In this document: one piece after another, positions 39,222 to 51,589 of the stretch
Position numbering within the stretch: position 1 is the first letter of the stretch
Layout: every line of letters begins with the position of its first letter
NCBI RefSeq assembly: GCF_018977255.1
Contig: NW_024704743.1
Location: 104,658,001-104,722,000, forward strand
DNA from: Callorhinchus milii
Taxonomy: Eukaryota
Length of the DNA stretch: 64,000 bases
Direction of reading: 5' to 3'
Notes under the pieces: model-generated
What the model saw: only the letters and a program-made list of their open reading frames with translations
Databases searched by the model: none
What the model was told of the DNA's origin: nothing
Position numbers and translations under genes: made by a program

Positions 39222-40068
39222 CCTGCTCTCGAGCAGAGAGCCCAGCAGACCGAGGACGTACCTGAGTGAGGAAGGAACAGAGTGGGAATTCTGTGCACGA
39301 ATTTGGTGAGAGGGGAATTTGATGCAGAGGGGGACAGAGATACATAAATATAAAATATATAATATTTATATTAAAATAATAAAAAACGTGTCTGGGAATA
39401 TAGCAGGGCAGCTGAGGCCTGTTGCAGCACAATATGTACCATGTGGGAACTCAAGGATGCTTTGTATGCCCTGGACAAACACATGTGTAGGAAGTGCCTC
39501 CCACTGCTCAAGCTTGAGCTCAGAGTTTCTGACAAGGAGAGGCTGGTGTCACTACATTGCATACAGGAGGCTGAAGAGTTGATGGATCGAACGTTTCAGG
39601 AGATGGTCACCCCACAGCCACAGAGGCTTCAGAAGGAGAGTGGTGGGTGACAACCCAGCATGGTAGGAAGAGGGGATAAGTAGTAAAGAAATCCGCTGAG
39701 AGTGTGGCACTTACAAATCAGTTCCCTACACTGAATACTGATGAGGGTGATGACACCTCTGGGAAGAGGAGTCAAAAGCAAATGGATGCACGGGAGGAGG
39801 GGTGGTGGACAGGAAAGAGTGTCAATGCAATCGTTACACAGCGAGTTGTTTGGATCTGGAATGCAGTGCCTGAAAGAGTGATGGAAGCCAATTCAACAAC
39901 AACTTTTAAGAGAGAGATGTAGATAGTTATTTGGGGAGGACAAATTTGCAGGGCTACAGGGAGAGAGTGGGGGAGTTGGATTGATTTGGTTAGCTCTTTT
40001 CAAAAAGCCGACACGACAAAATGGGCCAAATGGCCTCCTTCTGTGCTGTATAATTCTATGATTCAATG
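39222..40068 (+). mobile_element. Internally deleted CR1 (5' UTR plus ORF1 N-terminus fused to the 3' end)
   Basis: ORF1-like MWE...HMCRKC...LELRVS...EAE...DRTFQEMVTPQ. From ~39835 it matches the CR1 3' end at 30990-31217, including the ttctatg tail. Confidence 0.75.
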
Positions 40069-40164
40069 ACCTCTATCAGGTCCACCCTTAATTTCCTGGA
40101 TTCTGGCAGGATGAGATTTAACAGCTACCCTTAACTCCAGCATTTCTCAGTAGGAATCACTCAC

Positions 40165-41668
40165 CTCTTGAGTTTAGCTCTAACTTCTGGGCTCTTGATT
40201 TCATTCTTTAGGTCCTCAAACTCTTGGATGGAACTCATATTACAGTAAACCCTGTAGTCAGTGTAGGCAGGGATCCCATGATCACGTCCTCTCTGGATGT
40301 TCATTGCTGCCAAATCCAAAGCTACAGTATGGGCCATGGAAAAAAGCCTCTCGGTCAATTCCAAGTTGAGAAGCTCTGATGGGACCCTCATTTTCCCAGA
40401 AATGGCGTAGAGGCCACGGAGCAGCGGATCAATGCCACCCTCTTGTACAAGCCTAAATGGAGAGAAGAAAGCTTTGTGGAGTGGAAGATGTCCTTCTGGA
40501 ATTGGCTGAAAAGACTCATTTAGTCGATGGAGAATAGGATTAATCATTGTGTGACCGAACCGAAAAGCTGCTGTGGCGAAAGCATTCAAGATAGCACTGT
40601 TCACATTTGGGTTGTAGCCCTTATAATCTCCCATCATTTTCATTCCTACATCACCAAGGATTTTGGGAAGCCAGTGGTTGTATGTGATGTGCTGCATCTG
40701 CGCTCCGACTATTTTCCGAGCCTCATGGTAGATAGTGTCGCCATCCCAGTGAGGGTTCAGTATCCGCAGTTCTGTGGCAATGCGATTATGCTCACGGAAC
40801 CATAAGGTGTGTATGGCGGTCAGGGCGATCTGTTCATTGGCTCTATGATCCCCCGTAAGGAAGCAGGGGATAGGGCTTTCGTTCTCATCCCTCATGCACT
40901 CTGTGGGTCCGCCGGTGGCAAAAGGCAATAGGTGTTTACCAGACCTTGGTACGACCTCGCCTCTCTTTAACAGGCCACGCTGATTTGTAAGGTCTCTGAG
41001 TTCCCTGGATTCGTGCTTTGTGCTGCCATAGACATTTGACGCATCTATGTACGATGATAGGTGATTGATCTGCTCTCTGGCATATACACTCTTCATTAGC
41101 AAGGAAGTCATGCCACTCCCACAAACCGGACTGGAGCGAACAAAAAACATGCACCTCGCGTTCCTTACCCGTGGGTCATTTTTCGGAACCATTATGGGGA
41201 AACAGGGGGGATCATTGCTGCACACAGAGCTGCAAGGCTGACCATCTGAAAAACGTGACATACTGAGAGCAGGCACCGTCAGGTCCAAGTCATGGTCCAA
41301 GAATTGGCCCCATTGCATCAGAATGTGTGTAAATCGGTCATCTGGCGTTATGGTCTCTGTGCCAACCATTGCTGTTGAAACAAGGCGAGGTAGAGGGAGG
41401 CGGTAACCATTGTACAAGCGGTTGGGTTCTGTTCCCCGAGGAAGGCTGAAGCCATTTTCATAGACGGGTTTGAGAATTCTCTGGAATGCGGTCAGTGACG
41501 CCCCCCACATGGAATGCTGGAGGTTGTTACACGTGCCATCGTGGGTTCGATACTTTTGGTGGAAGCAGATGTCTGAGCAGTTTGGGAAGCGTCTGTGAGC
41601 CGTGCACCCAGAAAGATTGGCGATTAAGTCAAGATAACGTGGGGAAACCAGGTCATTGTAACGGAAAT
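40165..41668 (-). CDS. PXDNL: Peroxidasin-like exon 17 (large heme peroxidase exon)
   Basis: 1504-nt open exon, cag|...|gtgagt. Starts (D)[21 protein letters not shown] and contains [39 protein letters not shown] and NIQRGRDHG of the peroxidase-cyclooxygenase superfamily. Confidence 0.97.
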
Positions 41669-42689
41669 CTGAAACAAACCAGATAAATGAAAGCTGTTAG
41701 TTAACCACTTTAAATTGGAAAGTAGTTTCCCCCCAACCCCCCTCCCACCCGAGGATTTTGAAGAAGTCATCTGAACATTGGAAGAATAAGAGACCGTTCT
41801 TTTAGCTTGATCCAGTCACTTAAAATGTAAAAACCTATTTGTTAGAGCATGGAATACACGAACAAATCACAAGTGTCAAACATATCTTACAAATATTATT
41901 GTTGTGTAAGGTGCTGTACACAATGCCGAATTAAAAAGAAGACCATACAAGTTTGAATACCTCATTCAAACTGGTTTTAACTCTTTGCTGCAAAGAGGGA
42001 CAAAAGTCCCTCATATTCACCATTAGTTTCAATAGAAATGACGAAACATTCATGGAAACTGGTTGGAAGCAGCTCAGTTCCAAGTGGTTGGATTGCTCCC
42101 ATTGGAATTGCAAGCTGTTCAAGCTCACTTTTCAACTAGGAAAGAAGTCTGGTAACAATAACTTGTCGATGTCGTCATTTCTTATCCCAGCACATGTTCC
42201 TGGTCAGGAGAAAATCTGGGAGTGTCGGAGTGACTGAAGCCTGTTTATTAAAGCTCAACTTGCCTCAAAGCCAATACTGGCAACTCCAATGTGACTACAG
42301 CAGTTTCAACCGAGGAATGGTTTCAAGATGAAAGTAAAAAATCCTTGTATTTGGGAGATCACCTTTCACGTCAGGAAGATGTCCCAACGTGCTTCACAAG
42401 ATATATCATAAAGTGGAGTGACTGTGTTTTGTTGGCAAAGTAATCTAAAGTTCAACACCCAAAGACTGAGGCAACAGTTTAGAGTAATGACTTCACACAA
42501 GTTGAAAACACATATGGTATTGTTTTGAAAAATATTTCCATTCAATTTTGTTTCAGAGAAATATAATCATGAATTATGGTTTTGTTATGATCAGTAAATG
42601 TTTCTTTTTAAATATTGTCAACAAGATGTATTTTAAGGAGCCTTTTTAAAGTGATGAAGTGCTCTGTGGCCCCAGTCACGGGTGCTGGG

Positions 42690-43245
42690 TTTAAACTGGC
42701 GCACCGTGAGGGTGGATCTCTGATGTTCGGGTGGTTTCAGAAAATCGTAGAGGTAGAGTGAGGCAAGACCATGGAGGGATTTAAAGGTTAGGATGAGGAT
42801 CTTATATAATAATAATAATAATAATCCTTGCATTTGATATAGCGCTTTTCATGTTGGGAGAACGTCCCAAAGCGCTTCACAGAACACACTGTAAAGTGAA
42901 TTGACTGTATATGTGTGGGCGAACGCGGCAGCCAATTGCGCACAGCAATGTCCTACAAACAGTCGTAGATTGAAAATGACCAATTTATTACTGTTTTTGG
43001 TTTTGGAGGGATTATTATTAGGCGTGTGGAGTAGGAAACTTGCCCAAGGTTTCGCTCTGCCTGGAATTGAACTCAGGTCTCTCGCTTGCAAAGCGAGTGC
43101 TCTAACCATTGAGCTGCAGGACTCTTGTATTCGATCCCCTGGGGGATGGTGAGCCAACAAAGCTGGGTGAGGATGGGGGGTGATAGGCTCTTGGAACCTG
43201 GTGTGGGAGAGGACACGAGCTGCAGACCTCTGGAATGTCTGCGGC
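42690..43245 (-). mobile_element. L2 fragment interrupted by a young SINE
   Basis: KILILTFKSLHGLA on one side of the SINE and [11 protein letters not shown] on the other; the two flanks are contiguous in the L2 at 15400-15600. Confidence 0.75.
42805..43125 (-). mobile_element. SINE family A, full length, inserted into L2
   Basis: Near-identical to 25474-25799. Confidence 0.9.
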
Positions 43246-44069
43246 TTATAACAATTATAATAATCATGTCTTCGAGACATCTTAAAGCATTTAACAGAAT
43301 ATGCTGTAAAGTGAATTGACTGTATATTTTGTGGATGAAACGCATCATCCAATTGGACACAGCAATGTCCCACAAACAGTCGTGGATTGAGTGACCATAT
43401 TATTATTATTTTTGGAACGGATTATTAATCACGGAAAAACGATCGACTAATCGACTAACAACTGGGTTCCTATTTACGTTTTTTGTAAAGGACAGTGTTG
43501 GGTAGTTCAGAAAGCAAAAAGTTGAAATTGTCAAGTCAGGGCACTCAACTAATTTTAGGGGAAGATGGGCATCTGGAAGGATGAGATCAAACAGGCTGAA
43601 AGGCTTTCTTCATTTCTTCAATTGAACCAACCTTGTGATCGTGTTAGTAAACTGAGTCCCATTTGCGCACAATATCAGGAGCATAACTAGGTCCCCACCC
43701 ACCAGGTCAGCTATAGAACATGATGTGGCATTATAGGGGGGTCGCGGAGTGCGGAAGAAGGGGGAGACTATGGAGAAGGAAACATTTGTTCGAACAAGTT
43801 GATCAAAAACAAGTTTCTTCTTTAAAAGGGGTAGAAAATAATCTTTCCAGTTACAATTTGAAGTGGAGTGGAAAATGAGATGGGATGTGATAATAATTAG
43901 TGAAAATTGTGATCCAAACCAGCCTTTAATTGTCTACTGGTTTTGCTGGCGTTGAACATCCCAACCTTCGGCACAGTTGTTTGGCTGAAACTTCTGGCTG
44001 TTGTGAAACCCAAGTGTTTCAGGGTGTCTTCACACACACTCAGTCATTGCTAGATCAATATATCACAAT

Positions 44070-44350
44070 GCAGCACTATTGAGCGTAATAACCAGAACAG
44101 TAAGTGTATATTGAACGGTAGTATCTTGCAAAGAGCAGAGGAACACAGCGACTTGAGAGTACAGATACATTAATTCTTGAAAGTGCACAAGTGTAAAGAC
44201 TAAAAAAAAGCTAATGATATGCTAGATTTCATACATAGATGTATCGAGTCCAAAAGTAATGTAATCATGTTACGTTTGTAGAAATCATTGTTTGGCTTCA
44301 TCTGGAGCTGGTTTCCCTTTGAGAAGGTCATATTGCTAAGATGTTGAAAA
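44070..44350 (+). mobile_element. Degraded CR1 ORF2 fragment
   Basis: gaggaacacagcgacttgagagtacagatacat...aaagctaatgatatgctag matches the CR1 RT C-terminal region. Confidence 0.6.
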
Positions 44351-45587
44351 CAAACAGTCCAAACCCACATCCCAAAATGCTTCATTAATACTGTAGCCTC
44401 CAGCTGCATTGCAAACAACCCACAAAGGAACAGATCATGTCACAAAACCCATCTTTATAAAATCTCTTCACCTAATTAATTTAACATTGTGTAAATAAAA
44501 GGCAATATGAAGCCCATGGGTATGGTGAACTTTTGACTTATGGCACGAGCCATAACTCACTGATGATAGTTCAGTCCACTTCTGGGATAGAACTCCTTCC
44601 CCATGGATTCTTATAATATATCCTTCTTCATTGGCTGAGTAAAAACACCTTCAAATAGTCACACTTTTGTTTATTTTTAATACACTTATCCATTAGCTAA
44701 TACTAATGCTATTTAGTGTTTACCCACATGCCTTTGATAAGAGAAGCCATGTGCCGGAATGTAATGACAACTTTGGCACTGGACCAGCAAAATTCATTTG
44801 TTATCTTAGGAAGGATCAAATTCAATATATTGTGAGGGGTTAGGAGGGGAGGAGATAGAGGAAAGTGCAGACCTTGGTGGAGGAGTGATTAAATTCTCCA
44901 CTGTTTGCTAAAATTTACTAGTCTTGCCAATGGAAACTTATAAAGGAATTTTACCATCTGAAAACTTTCAGATTTCTAAGACTTTAGTAAATTTACCAAG
45001 TAGCAGAGAATCAGATGAGTTCACCTACTAAGGTCATTGAACATGGCTGTTTGTGCTCTGCGCGAATTGGCTGCCACTTTTGCTCATAAACGCACAGTTA
45101 TGGCACTTCACAGAATATCCCGTGAAGCACTTTGCAACATCCTTCTGACCTGAAAGGTGCTATATCAAATGTAAGGATTATTATTATATTAGAAAAAATG
45201 TTACATCTATGATGGAATAAATATCTAGATCAACAGTTATTTCTAAACGTGGAAAATATTTTAATATAGTGACTCTGCATTTCTGAGACACACTCATGTA
45301 TGTGTCTGTGTGTTGGGGGATTGGGCTGGGCGTTGGTGCTTGTTCGAACATTTAGCCTACATAGATCATCAAGAAGTTATGCTGCAATAAATCTTTCCAT
45401 TAATTTGCATGCCATTACAGTTATCGTTCCAACTGTTGAGGCCAGAGTCAATATTCACTAATTAATGAAAAGCAAACACGAGGATAACTGATGCTTAACA
45501 CAAACAATACCACAACACGCGGCCGTTACCGCCATTAACTATTTTTGTCTCTTAAAACACAACTTCACATGAAAGCTTTGCACTTAC

Positions 45588-45680
45588 CAGATAACATTGA
45601 CCACAGAGCCAGGACAGCAATGGCTCTGTGATGTCTCATTGCTGGCTTTCAGGAGAAGCGCTAATAAGTGTTTTAAGATC
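45588..45680 (-). other. Candidate cryptic/poison cassette exon in intron 16
   Basis: Strong acceptor attttcctcttcttttctag| and strong donor CTG|gtaagt, 93 nt. In the gene's frame it reads (G)GA TCT TAA, an immediate stop. Confidence 0.35.
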
Positions 45681-45684
45681 CTAG

Positions 45685-46200
45685 AAAAGAAGAGGAAAAT
45701 AAATGGCTGAATGTATTTTTTCGCTCTCTCTCTTTCTCTCCAAGAGATTGAAAAGTAAAAAGAAAAGAAAAAAGAGATTATTTCAAAGTTGAAATAGGCA
45801 GTAAGAAGCTGTGAGAGAAATAAACCCATTAAAGTCAAATTACTTATTGGAAGTGGAACAGGGATCAGAACAAAACACTAAGTATTTCACTCTGCTTTTA
45901 TTCTCAGATACGTGATTTATGAGGACCCATCAGTAGAATAGTTAGATGGCAAAAGGCGCTTAAAAGAATCTCTGGAGACATATTGGAAGTAGAAAAACCC
46001 CAAAAGGCACGTAACTGAGAATAAAATGATCCTGAAATACAAGTGTTTTACTAGCTCCTTGCTGTAGGTTCCATTAAGTGATTAAACTCGTCTCTCTTAC
46101 ATTCTTACTGATCATTCAATTTTCAGCTAATCTCTTCTGTCCTTCTCTTCATTTTTAATCACCTTCCTCAAAGGTTCAGCCATTTATTTTCCTTTTCTTA
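45685..46200. repeat. Diverged ~500-bp palindrome (MITE-like or fold-back)
   Basis: AGGAAAATAAATGGCTGAA at 45693-45711 is the exact reverse complement of 46175-46193. TTTTATTCTCAG(A/T)TACGTG near 45896-45914 pairs with 46008-46026. Intermediate matches are collinear. Confidence 0.75.
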
Positions 46201-46999
46201 AACAAGTGTTTAAAAACCTAGGAGTGGGGTATTCCCCACTTGTTAGTAAATCTATTATTTGTGTTGGTGTTGTCTTATAGTTAGAAATTCTCATTATAAG
46301 ATATCAAAAATGTTAGTTTGGTACATTTGCTGACAAACAATTAATTTTGGACCCTACCCCTCACAATCCATTTTTCTCCTGGAGCTAGCAATGGAGATAT
46401 CACCAAGGTACTGCCATCCTGGTTCTTGTTATAGTTCCTGGGATTGTCCCAGGCAATACTGGTCATTGAAAAGCTTTCTTGTTGAATGGTGCTCTTAAGC
46501 GATTTGCAGTTGAACAACATTAATGGTAGAAACCGACCAGGCTTCATGGTTATCGGTGAAACTTACTTCAATCTCACATTGACAGCCACAGCAATTCTTT
46601 TAGGTTGGTTATAATATCTCGTTTGCCTAGCACAATGTCCTCTTTGAATCATCTAAGGTTGTGGGTGGTATTGCACTGTCTACCACATTGCATAATTAAA
46701 AGTTAGCACAGTACATGTAAGCAGCTATTGGCTTGCCCTCAATTGTTTTCCTCAATTCTTTCCACCTCCTTTTCTTTCCTATGAAGCGGCATCTGACCTT
46801 TTGCTTGCATCTGCTCAATGGTTGAATCTGGGAATGCTCAAAGGCTCACATCTGTGGCCTTCTGGGTTAGTGATTTGGCACACTGGAGCAGTGAAAGTGT
46901 TATGTTATTGAACTTTGACATTCAATAAGTTTATTGCATTTGAGTCTGTATCCCTTTGGTCTAGATTTGATTGACCATTCAACAAATCTTTGCTTTTTT

Positions 47000-47293
47000 T
47001 AATGGCGCTTTTCATGTCTGAGACATTTTAAAGCGCTTCACAGAATATAATATAAAGTGAATTGACTGGAATTGACTGTGGGCGAAAAGCAGCAAACAAT
47101 TACACACAGCAATGTCCCACAAACAGTTGTGGATTGAGTGATCAAGTTATTATTGTTTATTTTTTTTCTTGAGGGATTATTATCCGGCATGTGGGGTAAG
47201 GAAACTTGCCCAAGGTTTTGCCCTGCGGGGAATCAAACCCAGATCTCTCACTTGCAGGGCGAGTGATCTAACCACTGAGCTACAGGACTCCAG
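47000..47293 (-). mobile_element. SINE family A
   Basis: Head ends at ctgagctacaggactcca; body similar to the other copies. Confidence 0.85.
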
Positions 47294-47646
47294 GATTACA
47301 AGCAACAAGCTTGCACACAAGTAAAAATAATCGATGAAATCACATGCTTTCATAGAATGATTGAAGTTAGAGCAAAGAAGGAGGCTATTATGTCTATGCT
47401 GGCTTTGGCATCTCTATGTGCAATCTACCTTCTTCCACATTTTTTGCTCTGTTTTGGTAGCCTTTTATAATGTTTCTCTTCAAATGCTTATTCAATTCCA
47501 TTATAAATGGTCTTAGCTTCAGTGGTGACTTGTGGCAAAGCATTTCATGTTCTAATGACTTTGTATGGGAAAAAATATTCTTCTAACCTGCCCCTCAACT
47601 CCTCTTATTTCGTGATCATACCTTTTAAGACCTTTCAAAATCATAC

Positions 47647-47804
47647 CTATCCCATTGAAGTTCACATTTAGGCCTCTCTTGACGTGGTTCTGAATCAGTT
47701 GTAGAGTCCGCTCAAAGATCTCTCCTGCTCTTGCAGTTTCCACAGTGAAGGGATCCCGAGGATAGCGGAATAAAGCTAGCAGGTCATTCGGACTCAGTGG
47801 GCGT
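47647..47804 (-). CDS. PXDNL: Peroxidasin-like exon 16
   Basis: 158 nt, tag|...|gtatga. Translates [52 protein letters not shown]. Confidence 0.94.
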
Positions 47805-47869
47805 CTAGAACACAAATTACAACAACACTAAAATAAGACAATGTTGCAACACAAGTAGAAATATCAAAT

Positions 47870-48010
47870 CACAAAATACTGCTGGAAATCTGAAACAAAA
47901 ACAGAAGTCGCTGGGAACACTCAGCAGGTCAGGCAGCATCTATGGAGAAAGGAAAGTGAGTCAACGTTTCGGGTCCACGACCCTTCGTCAGAACTGGGGC
48001 ATGTTGGGAG
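47870..48010. mobile_element. Penelope-like element terminal fragment (second fragment at ~38655-38730 in the opposite orientation)
   Basis: gctggaaatctgaaacaaaaacagaa...ctcagcaggtcaggcagcatct...aacgtttcgggtc..gacccttcgtcagaactg, recalled as typical of chondrichthyan Penelope repeats. Confidence 0.65.
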
Positions 48011-48519
48011 GGAAAGGCTTTTAAGGGCTAACAGAGAGGGGGAGGCAGGGCAAGGAAGACAGAGGAGAAAATGGGGTAGAGGACAGGATGATGGGTTAAA
48101 GAGGTGTTAATGATGCAAAACAAAGGGAGGATAGCAACAAAACAGGAGAAAAGAGGTGTTAAAAATGCAAAGCAAAGGGGGAAAAATTGCAACAAAATAA
48201 GCAGACCAGAGAGAGAAAAGGTGTGGGATCTAGATGATGTGGCAGCGACTTCTGTTTGTGTTAGAAATATCAAATATTGTTTAGACATTGCATAACTCTT
48301 TAAGGAACATTTCATTTTCACATCACTTAAATATTGGTGATAAACACTTTTGAAGAATTTACCACTGCAGCCCATTGTTGTGTTTAATGTATCTATTTCT
48401 CAATTCACAGACCACAGGTAATAAGGTTCATCTGAAACTGAAATCTGTACTAAGATGTTCACTTTTTCTAAGCTTTTTTCATTCAGTGCATGTTACTATA
48501 ACTGCTGTTTCAAAATAAT

Positions 48520-48870
48520 AATCTAATCTAATAATGCTTCCATTTGCATTTTATGTCGAAATATCTCAAAGTACGTCAGAGAGTTTTTTGTAAAGTGTAG
48601 TGACCGTGTATTTGTAGACAAACATGGCAGCCAATTTGTACACAGCAACGTTCCACAGACAGCCAAGAGTAAATGAACACATTTTTATTTGAAGGTTCCG
48701 AGGTGGTCAGGACACCATGAGAAACTGCTTTCTCTTTTCAAATAGTGCTATGGGATATTAAACGTCCATCTGAAGCAGCAGACAGGACCTTCGTTAACAA
48801 CACTGTATCAAAAGGACAGCATGTCTAAATGAGCAGCATTCCCCTGTACTAGAGTGTTAGTGTAGACAGT
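48520..48870 (-). mobile_element. SINE family B, 5'-truncated
   Basis: Deu core and L2-type tail. Confidence 0.7.
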
Positions 48871-49094
48871 CTAGTGACAAGACTCTAGTCTTTGAGAAAA
48901 TGCCCAAAGCAGCAGACCTTTACAAAAAATACAATTATTATAATTTTTAAATCCATAAGATTTTAAAGTTTGTACTTTGAGTAGACCTTTGACACTATCA
49001 ATTCTTCAAGTATCTGTTGGGTATCAAATGTGATGGAAGCCAGTGCTGAAAAGTAGACTGATTATCAGAGAAAAGCTATTCTCCCTGCTTTAGC

Positions 49095-49420
49095 TTAATA
49101 AGAACATAAGAACAGAAGAAATAGGAGCAGAAGTAGGCCATTCGGCCCCTCGAGCCTGCCCCGCCATTCAATAAGAGGGGAGATTGCAACTAAACAATAA
49201 GATCATGGCTGATTTTCTTACCTAATTCCATTTACCTGCCCTATCCCCATATTCCTTAATCCCTTTAGTTTTTAAAAATCTATCGATCACATAAAGGACA
49301 TAAATATAAATAACATCACTGAATATGTTCAATGACTGAGCATCCACAACCTTCTGGGGTAGAGAATTCCATAAATTCACTACCTTCTGAGTGAAGAAAT
49401 GTTTTCTCAACTCAGTTCTA
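49095..49420 (-). mobile_element. CR1 LINE 3' end
   Basis: RKHFFTQKVVNLWNSLPQKVV; (ttcttatg)n-type tail seen as taagaacataagaac on +. Confidence 0.85.
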
Positions 49421-50642
49421 AAAGTTTTGTGGTGATTTATTTGTCAGCTTGGCTGCCAGATCGTTAAAAATGTTTTGTGTTAATCAAGCATTTGACATTA
49501 ATCTCACCCATTATAACAGATCTCCACCTGTCTGCTTGTGAATCACTATCTGCGGTAATAATGCACAGTATTTTCTTGCTTGTTTGTATTTCTTCCCATA
49601 AGGCAGGTTTACCTTCGCAAGATCAAACAAAGCAAAGTGCTTAAAATAATCCTTTATCAAGTTTCGCAGGATTTGTGAGAAAATAGGGCTTCAAAATCTT
49701 GGCCTCCTGCTAATGTCCAAACAATTCACAGCCCTATGATTAATATCTTACTATCACTGCCAAATTCATGTTGGAACAAATCCACCAGTGGATTCCTTTA
49801 TGAAGAGAACTTGGCAAATTTGCCTCCACCCCCTTACTGATATCACACTGAAAGTGGGACTCTTGGCTTCATGCTGCAAGGATTAGTGACAGAGTCGAAC
49901 TTTGATCTCCTCTGTGTATCTCCAGGCAAAAGAACAGGCAGTGTGATCAATACACTGTGGTCTATGCTCCACAGCTACACAATTGGATTAAAAAGGAATC
50001 CAAGGTCTACAATACTGTAAACAATCTCTGAGCTGTACCTCAATCATCTTACCAGACTCCCTTCATGAATGCTGTAATGTTCAGGACTACAAAAGATTAT
50101 TCCAGTCCATCTGTCTGGTCACAAAGTAAAAACAAATCTTACTTTATCTTTTATATTCCTCAATTGAATTCTTCAACATAAAAGCTATCTGAATACGTTT
50201 ATTCTGCATATTCACTTCTCCATTCAAAGAGCTGTTTTCCCTTTGTCTTCCGGGCTCGAGTCTGTGTCCCTTTGCTCTAGATTTGATTGACCATGTTAAA
50301 ATTATTATTAGGGTTCAGCTGATCTATGTCATATGGATCGTGAATATTTCAATACAATCTCTCCTGAGCCCTTTTCTTCTTTGTACCAAAGGAAATGCAG
50401 CATTGATCGTGAAGTAAAATACAGCAAAGTTGCCAAACAATAATAAATTGCAATTTATTAAATGCTCTGTGGGAACCTTTTCCATGGAAGTAATTTATGT
50501 CACTAGATAAACATGTGCATTCATCTCAATCATTACATTGAAACATTTGTTTTAGGGAGTTATTTTCCCAAATTGTTTCTGAGCTTGGCTGCACTTGGGA
50601 CAAGAATAATAAGAATTTGCAGACTATTAAATAACTTCTCAC

Positions 50643-50751
50643 TTGTCAAACAAGTTCCTGCGCGTGGAGTTGATTGCATTGTCAACGCTATTGATAGCTT
50701 CACGAATGGAAGACTCAACAAAGTTGTCACCGGTCCGGACCCTCTCTGGAA
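50643..50751 (-). CDS. PXDNL: Peroxidasin-like exon 15
   Basis: 109 nt, cag|...|gtgaga. Translates (V)[35 protein letters not shown]. Confidence 0.93.
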
Positions 50752-51589
50752 CTGTCAAGAGAGACAAAAAGTAGAAGGGAACTGAAGGGCATAGAATCAA
50801 GACTAAATACAGTACTCAATTACTCTCTGTTACTTTCCAGTGCTGGAGTCCCCCATTGAATAGTTTGATACGCAGTAAAAATTGGGTTTGTATTGCTGTT
50901 GATTTTAAATTAACTTATAAACTTAATTACAACAATGTAATTTTCATGTTCTTGGGCAGCCCAATATAAAGGACTGCCACCTTAAATGTTTTAGTATTGC
51001 CAAAGAGTTAGTCATACCCTTCTTAAAAAAGTTAACCCGTGTCAAATCCTTCTTAGTGAAAGTCTACACCTGCACTTACAACATAGTTCACAATACAATA
51101 CAATTTACATTTATAAAGGGCTTTTCATTTTGGAAGGACATGTCAATGCACCTGACAATTCTGGATTGGCATCCAAGATGGGAGTGGGAGCTGAGGGGGA
51201 GGGCAAGGATGACTGAAAGAGCAGTCAAATAGGTGTGTGTCATGGTGTGCCTTGAACTTAGTTATATATGCGCAGAAGTCTTCTTAACCCATGGCAAGAT
51301 CGGTCAGAGTAGATGGTATAAATATGTTTTCTGCTTCAAATTGTACTGTACTGCTGGAAGTGATCTCAAAATTTCTCAAGAAGTGTAGAAGGGGAATAAA
51401 ATGATTTCAATTACTTGGCAAAAGAGTAATAATTCTGTATATTGATCTGGCTAATGCAAAACACCAAAGCCAGGGACAAAAGGACAAGCTGTATAGAAGA
51501 TGAGTGCTTTATCAATCTTGTACAATAGGACAAGACTAAAAGGGGAAAAAAAACTGTTGGGGTACATTGGGATCAGATCCTAAGCAAAC

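Noticed and set aside
40161..41510. 449-aa ORF taken as a standalone peroxidase gene
   Set aside because: It is part of exon 17: the frame extends upstream to the 41668 acceptor and the apparent stop lies in the gtgagt donor.
44890..45012. Short inverted repeat (attctc...aaatttacta / tagtaaattt...gagaat)
   Set aside because: Looks like a degraded small MITE with a similar piece near 21785-21885; no sign of function.
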